From: an uncultured Bacilli bacterium
GTDB lineage: Bacteria; Bacillota_I; Bacilli_A; RF39; UBA660
Length of the DNA stretch: 32,000 bases
Assembly (NCBI GenBank): GCA_934098505.1
Contig: CAKOOR010000004.1
Coordinates: 1 to 32,000, forward strand
Direction of reading: 5' to 3'
Below the pieces are notes generated by a model that saw only the letters and a list, made by a program, of their open reading frames with translations, ran no database searches and was not told where the DNA came from. The translations under genes were made by a program, and so were the position numbers. How positions within the stretch are numbered: the stretch's first letter is position 1; every line of letters begins with the position of its first letter. Shown one piece after another: positions 1 through 6,249 of the stretch.

Positions 1-4
1 AGAG

Positions 5-29
5 TATAAATTGAAAAGTTAAGTGTCCG
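5..29. repeat. Left terminal inverted repeat of the IS30-family element
   Basis: Matches the reverse complement of 1181..1205 at 22/25 positions. Confidence 0.7.
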
Positions 30-105
30 ATTGGGACATAAAAAAGACACATAGAATTACCTATGATACAATGTAAGTGCGAACTAACATTGGAGGTAAT
101 AAACT

Positions 106-1152
106 ATGTGTCTTTTAGATTATAACAAAAAAATAAATAAATATAAACATATAACTTATGCTGAAAGGACTATGATAGAAACTTGGTATAATTCAGATAA
201 AAAAAGTAAAAGAGAAATAGCAATATTGTTGCATAAAAGTGAAAGAACGATTAGAAGAGAAATAAATCGTGGACTAGTTATAATTAGAAATTATGATTGG
301 ACTGAAGGGGTAGAATATAGTGCAAGAGTAGCTCAAGAAAAATATGAATACGGTATGACTAGTAAAGGTCCAGCGTTAAAATTAGATCAAGATATAAAAT
401 TGGTTGAATATATTGAAAATGAGATACTGTGTAATAAGAAGTCTCCTGAAGTAGTAGCTATTCAGTTAAAAGAAAATGGATTTAATATAGAAATAAGTGG
501 TAGAACCATAAGAAATGCAATAAAAAGCGGGTTAATATTTGAAAAATTGCAAAATGGTAAAATAATATATAAAAAAGAATATAATAACAAGAATAAAGAA
601 AAGCGAGTTTCTAAAATGATACCGGCAGAAAAAAGTATTGAGCATAGGCCAAAAGAAGCGAATACAAGAGAGGAATATGGTCATTGGGAAGGAGATTTAG
701 TTGTTGGAAAGCAAGGCACAAAAACAGTTTTATTTACATTAACAGAAAGAAAAACAAGGCAAGAAATAATAATGAAACTTCCAAACAAAGAAACGAAGAC
801 AATAGCGAAAGCAGTTGATAAAATAGAAAGAAAGTATCAAGGAAGGTTTTACAAAGTCTTTAAGAGTATAACATTTGATAATGGAGTTGAATTCATGGGA
901 TATGAGGGCTTAGAAAAGTCATGCTTGAGGAAAAAGAATAGAACAAAAGTATATTATGCTCATCCTTACTGTTCTGGAGAAAGAGGAACAAACGAAAACA
1001 ATAATAGATTAATAAGAAGATGGATTCCGAAAGGAACAGATATAACAAATATAAAAGTATCATTTATAAAGCAAGTTGAAGATTGGATTAATAATTATCC
1101 GAGGTCAATATTTGAATATAAGAGTTCAAATATGATATTATTAGAAATATAA
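106..1152 (+). CDS. IS30 family DDE transposase
   Basis: 348 aa. N-terminal HTH region (ERTMIETWY..SKREIAILLHKSERTIRREI) and a DDE catalytic signature in IS30-typical context: HWEGDLV, ITFDNGVEF, GTNENNNRLIRRWIPKG. Confidence 0.92.
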   Translation: MCLLDYNKKINKYKHITYAERTMIETWYNSDKKSKREIAILLHKSERTIRREINRGLVIIRNYDWTEGVEYSARVAQEKYEYGMTSKGPALKLDQDIKLVEYIENEILCNKKSPEVVAIQLKENGFNIEISGRTIRNAIKSGLIFEKLQNGKIIYKKEYNNKNKEKRVSKMIPAEKSIEHRPKEANTREEYGHWEGDLVVGKQGTKTVLFTLTERKTRQEIIMKLPNKETKTIAKAVDKIERKYQGRFYKVFKSITFDNGVEFMGYEGLEKSCLRKKNRTKVYYAHPYCSGERGTNENNNRLIRRWIPKGTDITNIKVSFIKQVEDWINNYPRSIFEYKSSNMILLEI

Positions 1153-1180
1153 ACGAGCACTTATAAGGTAATTCAATGTG

Positions 1181-1205
1181 CGGACACTTATTATTTCAAT
1201 TTATA
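1181..1205. repeat. Right terminal inverted repeat of the IS30-family element
   Basis: Its reverse complement matches 5..29. It lies 29 nt after the transposase stop codon. Confidence 0.7.
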
Positions 1206-1289
1206 GACTTTTTATCAGAGTCTTTTTTTCGTTGTCAAAATAAACGATTTAGTTTATAATTAAATTAAGATAAGAAGAGGTTATAGATT

Positions 1290-2717
1290 ATGAATAATAA
1301 TACTAATGGTAGCACAAATAATATTAATAATTTACCTAATATAAATCAAAATACCACTAATAGTCTTAATAATGTGGCTTTTAATAATGGAGTAAATAAT
1401 TCCAATATTTCGAATAATAATTCTAATAACATGATTAACAATAGTAATGTTGGCGGTGGAGTAGTTAATAACCAAGCAGTTATTTCTAACAATCAAGGAA
1501 ATATCGTTAATAGTAGTCTATTAAATAATAATCCAGTTAGTAATCCAAATAATGTAAATCAAACAATACCTAATAATAATCCTCTACCTAATCCTAATAT
1601 AAATACAGCTGTGAATTCTAATATAAAAGACCAAAATGTTAATAATGTTAATACGGAAAATAAAACCGCTAATCCAAACAATATAAAAATAGAAGAAACC
1701 AGTGTAACAAGATCACAAAAAGGAACCGTAACTATTGCTACAGTTAATGGTGGTAATGTAAGTATTTTAACTGATAAGATGCCAGAAGCAATTGATTTAA
1801 GTGTTAAAGAAGCCAAAACTATTACTAAGAATGGTAAAAAAGTTCGTATTATGACCAAAAGAGAACTAATAACTAATATCATCTTAAGTTTCTTTTTCGT
1901 ATTAGTATTATGCGGTGCTGGGTATGGCGTTTATTATTATTTATCTGGCAATAACCCTCGTAATTTTGAAACAAAAAATATAAGCATTGAGTATGGCGAG
2001 GAAATACCGGCCTCGGTTCGTAATTATATAAATTTAACAGATATTAGTGAACCTGATTATATTTTAGATACATCGGCAGTTAAAAATGAAATAGGCACTT
2101 ATACTTATAAAGTAAGTTACGGTAGCACCACTAAAACCGGAACAATAACTATAAACGATACTAAAGCCCCAGTTGTAACATTTAATGATGTAAAAGAATT
2201 TATTGAAGGCACAACTATCACTAAAGAAATGCTAGTTGCCAGTTGTGAAGATATATCTAGTTGTACTTATGATTTAACTTCTCCTGTTGATACTAATACT
2301 CCTGGTACTATAACCGCTAGCATTACAGCTAAAGATAATTTAGGTAATTCAAAAGATTATCCAATTGAACTAAATATTATAGAAAAACTAACTACTTTAG
2401 TATGTAGTAGTACTATAGTAACTACTGATGAAAATAGTAAAACTTTATTAGAAAGTAATAATTATACTTTATCATTTACAAACCAAAAACTCTTAAAAAC
2501 AGGTAATTTAAAAGTAATAAGAACTTATTTAAGTGATAGTGATTATACAAGTATAAAAGATAATTTAACTAGTAGTGGTTATACTTTAGAAGACATTAAT
2601 AGAAGAGCTATTAAAGAATCTACTATTGATAATGTTGCTAATTTAACTACACAAGATGAAATAAAAACGCATCTAGAAAGTAATAGTTATACTTGTAGTA
2701 TTAAAGATAATGAATAA
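1290..2717 (+). CDS. Membrane-anchored protein: Asn-rich low-complexity N-terminal region, one TM helix, Ig-like extracellular region
   Basis: 475-aa ORF with RBS AAGAGG 8 nt upstream. Residues 1-130 are dominated by N/S/T/P (NNNTNGSTNNINNLPNINQN...). TM helix IILSFFFVLVLCGAGYGVYYYL. The C-terminal part carries a G-x-Y-x-V-x-Y...D..GN...P pattern typical of bacterial Ig-like surface domains. Function unknown. Confidence 0.75.
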   Translation: MNNNTNGSTNNINNLPNINQNTTNSLNNVAFNNGVNNSNISNNNSNNMINNSNVGGGVVNNQAVISNNQGNIVNSSLLNNNPVSNPNNVNQTIPNNNPLPNPNINTAVNSNIKDQNVNNVNTENKTANPNNIKIEETSVTRSQKGTVTIATVNGGNVSILTDKMPEAIDLSVKEAKTITKNGKKVRIMTKRELITNIILSFFFVLVLCGAGYGVYYYLSGNNPRNFETKNISIEYGEEIPASVRNYINLTDISEPDYILDTSAVKNEIGTYTYKVSYGSTTKTGTITINDTKAPVVTFNDVKEFIEGTTITKEMLVASCEDISSCTYDLTSPVDTNTPGTITASITAKDNLGNSKDYPIELNIIEKLTTLVCSSTIVTTDENSKTLLESNNYTLSFTNQKLLKTGNLKVIRTYLSDSDYTSIKDNLTSSGYTLEDINRRAIKESTIDNVANLTTQDEIKTHLESNSYTCSIKDNE

Positions 2718-2740
2718 TGGCTAGTAATAGTCATTTTTTC
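2717..2740 (+). terminator. Rho-independent terminator of the 1290..2717 gene
   Basis: Hairpin ATGGCTA-GTAA-TAGTCAT (7 bp including one G-T wobble) followed by TTTTTT, starting at the stop codon. Confidence 0.6.
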
Positions 2741-2758
2741 TATATATAAAAATAAAAA

Positions 2759-2785
2759 TTTCATAGAGCATATAACTCTATGAAA
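2759..2785. repeat. Recombinase-core-site-like repeat, locus A left (10-bp arm, 7-bp asymmetric spacer, 10-bp arm)
   Basis: TTTCATAGAG-CATATAA-CTCTATGAAA. It is the perfect 27/27 reverse complement of 3014..3040. Confidence 0.8.
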
Positions 2786-3013
2786 TAGAAAAATAGATAT
2801 CTATCTTTAATATATAATATAACTATAGCATATAATTAGGTTAAATTAAAGAGTTTTTATGATGTTATTATAGTCAAAATTCCCGTCAATTAAATTTTTC
2901 TTTTTATTAGGTTTTATCAGTCTTTATTTAACTTTTTGTAGTCAATTAATTAAAATCTTTTCTGGTCAAAAAATGTAGTCAAACTAGCTTTAAACTTAGT
3001 AAATACCTACTAT

Positions 3014-3040
3014 TTTCATAGAGTTATATGCTCTATGAAA
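3014..3040. repeat. Recombinase-core-site-like repeat, locus A right (inverted relative to 2759..2785)
   Basis: TTTCATAGAG-TTATATG-CTCTATGAAA. The spacer is the reverse complement of CATATAA. It lies 38 nt upstream of the ATG at 3079. Confidence 0.8.
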
Positions 3041-3078
3041 GCGTAATTTAGGATATTTATTAGATGGAGTAAGAAAGA

Positions 3079-4323
3079 ATGAAAAGATTTAATAAAGATA
3101 AGTATTTAAGAAGATTAAAATTAAAACGTATGTTGTCTAATAACTCAAGAAAAATCTATATTATTTTATTATGCCTATTATGTTTTATTATAGGTATCTA
3201 CTTTGCTCATTCTAATTTTTTTGTAAGTGAGGATCAAGAAATAATAAGAACGACAGTAGGAGATTTTACTCAAGGTGATGTCGTAATTGGTGCTTATATA
3301 GAAGGCGAGAGTTATAATCAAATTCCTGCTAAGGGTGATGGCTACGAGGCAACTAAAGTAGTATGTGATAATAATGCCAATGGGACTTGGGATAACGACA
3401 ACTGGCGAATTATAATTGACAATTTGACCATAAAAACTAAATGCAATATTTATTTTGAGTTTAAATCTAGTTATGAATTTGAATATACCGGTAATATTCA
3501 AGAATTTACAGTTCCCAAAACCGGTATTTATAAATTAGAAGTTTGGGGTGCCCAGGGAAGTGCTATATCTTCTAATACAGTGGAAAGTGGATATGGCGGT
3601 TATTCAAGTGGCTTAATAAGTTTAGCTAAAGGTAATAATATTTTTGTTGTAGTTGGTGGTCAAGGCGCAACGATTAGCAATTATTCGACAAATTATAGTG
3701 GCGGTTACAATGGTGGTGGCAATTCGCTTACAAATTCAGATACATTATGGGGAGCTGGCGGCGGCGCTACCTCAATTCAAAATATCTTAATAAATGATGG
3801 GTTACTAAAAAATTATGAAGAAAGCAAGGACAATATTTTAATAGTAGCTGGCGGTGGTGGTGGTTTTGGAACATTTCAAAGTAATAAAAATACAGGTGGC
3901 TCTGGCGGCGGTTACGTAGGTAATAATGGTACATCAAGCAATAGTTCATATGGCGTTGGTGGTAATCAATCTAGCGGTGGTCATGCAACTAATTCAATGT
4001 ATCAAGACCAATCGATTAATTCAGGAAGTTTTGGCTTGGGTGGAAATGGTAATTTAAATACTAGGACAGGTGGAACCGGTGGCGGCGGCGGTTATTATGG
4101 TGGTTCATCAAGTTATGATTACGGCAGTAGTGCTGGTGGTGGCTCTGGCTACATAGGAAACTCATTATTAAATAATAAAATCATGTATTGTTATAACTGC
4201 AACGAATCTAGTGAAACCGATATTAAAACCGTATCTACTACCTGTAATGAAGAAACCCCAACCGAAAATTGTGCAAAAAAAGGCAATGGTTATGCTAAAA
4301 TAACTTATATTGAAGAAAATTAA
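3079..4323 (+). CDS. Membrane-anchored glycine-rich protein (bacterial Gly_rich / ALK-LTK glycine-rich-domain type), paralog 1
   Basis: 414 aa. N-terminal TM anchor IYIILLCLLCFIIGIYFA. Family-typical entry motif YTGNIQEFTVPKTGIYKLEVWGAQG followed by GG-rich repeats (GGYNGGG, AGGGGGFG, GGTGGGGGYYGG, AGGGSGYIG). Cys-containing C-terminal module MYCYNCNESSETD..CNEETPTENC. Confidence 0.85.
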   Translation: MKRFNKDKYLRRLKLKRMLSNNSRKIYIILLCLLCFIIGIYFAHSNFFVSEDQEIIRTTVGDFTQGDVVIGAYIEGESYNQIPAKGDGYEATKVVCDNNANGTWDNDNWRIIIDNLTIKTKCNIYFEFKSSYEFEYTGNIQEFTVPKTGIYKLEVWGAQGSAISSNTVESGYGGYSSGLISLAKGNNIFVVVGGQGATISNYSTNYSGGYNGGGNSLTNSDTLWGAGGGATSIQNILINDGLLKNYEESKDNILIVAGGGGGFGTFQSNKNTGGSGGGYVGNNGTSSNSSYGVGGNQSSGGHATNSMYQDQSINSGSFGLGGNGNLNTRTGGTGGGGGYYGGSSSYDYGSSAGGGSGYIGNSLLNNKIMYCYNCNESSETDIKTVSTTCNEETPTENCAKKGNGYAKITYIEEN

Positions 4324-4336
4324 TATTAAAATAAAT

Positions 4337-4371
4337 AGACAGAAATATCTAAAAAGAATTCTGTCTTTTTA
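4337..4371 (+). terminator. Rho-independent terminator of paralog 1
   Basis: AGACAGAA ... TTCTGTCT (8-bp perfect stem) followed by TTTT. Confidence 0.6.
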
Positions 4372-4414
4372 GTATCCTTAAATAATTGTTACTTTTGGTA
4401 TTAAAGATAAAAAA

Positions 4415-4440
4415 TTCATAGAGTATATAACTCTATGAAA
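4415..4440. repeat. Recombinase-core-site-like repeat, locus B left
   Basis: TTCATAGAG-TATATAA-CTCTATGAAA. It is the perfect 26/26 reverse complement of 4669..4694. Confidence 0.8.
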
Positions 4441-4668
4441 ACTATTTTTCAGTATCTATTTTTAACTTATATTACAAATATACCATATAATTAGGATTAA
4501 TTAAAGAGTTTTTAATAAACTATTATAGTCAAAATTGTAGTCATTTAATTTTAGGCTTTTTCTAGATATTATAGGACTCTAAAGCTATTTTTAATTTCAA
4601 AGAACTATTAACTTTTATGGTCAAAAAATGTAGTCAAGTTGGCTTTTAATCTAGTAAATACCTACTAT

Positions 4669-4694
4669 TTTCATAGAGTTATATACTCTATGAA
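4669..4694. repeat. Recombinase-core-site-like repeat, locus B right (inverted)
   Basis: TTTCATAGAG-TTATATA-CTCTATGAA. It lies 38 nt upstream of the ATG at 4733. Confidence 0.8.
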
Positions 4695-4732
4695 ACCATA
4701 ATTAAGGGTATTTTTACTAACGGAGGTTAAAA

Positions 4733-5935
4733 ATGAAGAAATTTAATAAAGATAAGTATTTAAGAAGATTAAAATTAAAGCGTATGTTGTCTAATAACTC
4801 AAGAAAAATTTATATTATTTTATTATGTCTATCATGTTTTATTATAGGTATCTATTTTGCTCATTCTAAGTTTTTTGTAAGTGAAGATCAAGAAATAATA
4901 AGAACGACAGTAGGCGATTTTACCCAAGGTGATGTTATAATTGGTGCTTATATTGACGGAAAAAGTAATAATAAAATTCCTGCTAAAAGTGATGGTTACG
5001 AGGCAACTAAAGTAGTATGTGATAATAATGCCAATGGTACATGGGATAACGAAAGTTGGCAAATTATAATTGATAATTTGACCATAAAAACTAAATGCAA
5101 TATTTATTTTGTTTCTAAAAATGAATATTCCTACACTGGCTATGAAGAAATTTTTACAGCTTATAAAACTGGAACTTATAAGTTAGAGGTCTGGGGTGCT
5201 CAGGGTGGTGGTACAACAACTTATCAAGGTGGCACTGGTGCTTATAGTACGGGTATTGCTTATTTAGAAAGTGGTAATAAATTATATATCAATGTCGGTG
5301 GCTCTGGCACGATAAACACATCAACAAGCAGTAGTTTTAGTTATTTAACTGGTGGTTATAATGGCGGTGGTAATAGTACAGTCGGTGGAGATCCAAATAA
5401 CTACGCTGCTGGTGGTGGTTCTGGTGGCGGTGCCACGCATATAGCCAAAGTTTCCGGTCTTTTATCGACTTTGGAAAATAATAAAGACGATATTATAATT
5501 GTTGCCGCTGGCGGCGGTGGTGCTGATACTAACTCTTATGATAGCAGTCTTTCTCATAGCGGGACTAATGGTAGTGGCATTAGTAGTTCTACTACAGCAG
5601 GCCAAAAAAATTCATGTACCATTGCCACCCAAACTACTGGTTATAGCTTTGGCCAAGGCGGTAATTATACCTCCAAGACTCATGGCGCCGGTGGCGGTGG
5701 TAGTGGCTTTTATGGCGGCGGTGGTGGCGGTATGAACGGCCCAGGATGCGGTGGTTCAAGCTACATCGGCAATTCTTTATTAAGTGATAAAGCTATGTAC
5801 TGTTATAACTGTACCGAATCTAGTGAAACTGATACAAAAACCGTATCTACTACCTGTAATGAAGAAACACCAACCGAAAATTGTGCTAAAAAAGGCAATG
5901 GTTATGCTAAAATAACGTTTATAAAAGAAAATTAA
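4733..5935 (+). CDS. Membrane-anchored glycine-rich protein (Gly_rich / ALK-type), paralog 2
   Basis: 400 aa. The first ~127 aa and last ~55 aa are nearly identical to paralog 1 (MK[RK]FNKDKYLRRLKLKRMLSNNSRKIYIILLCL... and ...YIGNSLL..K.MYCYNC.ESSETD.KTVSTTCNEETPTENCAKKGNGYAKIT). The central Gly-rich region is divergent. Motif YKLEVWGAQGGG is present. Confidence 0.85.
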   Translation: MKKFNKDKYLRRLKLKRMLSNNSRKIYIILLCLSCFIIGIYFAHSKFFVSEDQEIIRTTVGDFTQGDVIIGAYIDGKSNNKIPAKSDGYEATKVVCDNNANGTWDNESWQIIIDNLTIKTKCNIYFVSKNEYSYTGYEEIFTAYKTGTYKLEVWGAQGGGTTTYQGGTGAYSTGIAYLESGNKLYINVGGSGTINTSTSSSFSYLTGGYNGGGNSTVGGDPNNYAAGGGSGGGATHIAKVSGLLSTLENNKDDIIIVAAGGGGADTNSYDSSLSHSGTNGSGISSSTTAGQKNSCTIATQTTGYSFGQGGNYTSKTHGAGGGGSGFYGGGGGGMNGPGCGGSSYIGNSLLSDKAMYCYNCTESSETDTKTVSTTCNEETPTENCAKKGNGYAKITFIKEN

Positions 5936-5945
5936 TAAAACTTAT

Positions 5946-5991
5946 AAGAGTAATATTTTAAAATTAATAATTAGAAATATTACTCTTTTTA
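5946..5991 (+). terminator. Rho-independent terminator of paralog 2
   Basis: Perfect 12-bp stem AAGAGTAATATT (5946..5957) / AATATTACTCTT (5976..5987) followed by TTT. Confidence 0.65.
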
Positions 5992-6107
5992 AAATTTTAA
6001 AATATCATTATTCAAATTTATAAATATAATTAAAAAACTTTAAAATGATAAAATTATGTGGTATATTTATAATATATGTTAGAGATAAAACTAAAAGAAA
6101 GAATAAA

Positions 6108-6208
6108 GTTGGGTAGGAATTAAAAGATGAAATAAATTTAAAAAGTAATATTAAAATAGCGGGTGGTATTGGTACAACTAATGATCTTTATATAATTGAA
6201 AGTAGTTA
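6108..6208 (+). pseudogene. Relic of the 3' end of a paralog of the 6250..7785 gene
   Basis: Translation of 6127..6208 gives DEINLKSNIKIAGGIGTTNDLYIIESS*. This aligns with the C-terminus of the downstream gene, VFNLKADTLAQGSGTASDPYRISS*, on the shared pattern NLK....A.G.GT..D.Y.I.SS-stop. There is no ORF upstream of it and the reading frame is broken around 6108..6126. Confidence 0.35.
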
Positions 6209-6249
6209 AATAATTTAAATAAATTATAATAAGATAAAGGAGATAGAAA

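Larger units (their letters stand above)
1..1210 (+). mobile_element. IS30-family insertion sequence, apparently full length, abutting the left window edge
   Basis: Single transposase ORF bracketed by imperfect terminal inverted repeats. 5..29 is TATAAATTGAAAAGTTAAGTGTCCG and the reverse complement of 1181..1205 is TATAAATTGAAATAATAAGTGTCCG (22/25 identical by hand alignment). Size of about 1.2 kb fits IS30 elements. Target-site duplication cannot be checked because the left flank lies outside the window. Confidence 0.8.

Noticed and set aside
1559-1882. 107-aa minus-strand ORF inside the 1290..2717 gene
   Set aside because: It lies entirely antisense to a longer ORF that has an RBS. Its hydrophobic, low-complexity translation is typical of the reverse frame of AT-rich coding DNA, and it has no RBS.
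2759-2785. The TTTCATAGAG...CTCTATGAAA palindromes as ordinary rho-independent terminators
   Set aside because: No T tract follows any of the four copies. Separate canonical terminators already follow the upstream genes (2717..2740, 4337..4371). The second copy of each pair sits immediately before an RBS, where a terminator makes little sense.
3178-3501. 107-aa minus-strand ORF (and its counterpart at 4832..5062) antisense to the glycine-rich genes
   Set aside because: These are shadow ORFs in the conserved 5' parts of the two paralogs. They are conserved only because the sense genes are. No translation signals are present.
3767-3949. 60-aa minus-strand ORF within the Gly-rich repeat region
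   Set aside because: It is an antisense artefact of GGN-rich coding sequence.
5499-5735. 78-aa plus-strand ORF in an alternative frame of the 4733..5935 gene
   Set aside because: It is a frame-shifted reading of GGT/GGC repeats and yields an Ala/Val/Leu-rich peptide. It is nested in a well-supported gene.
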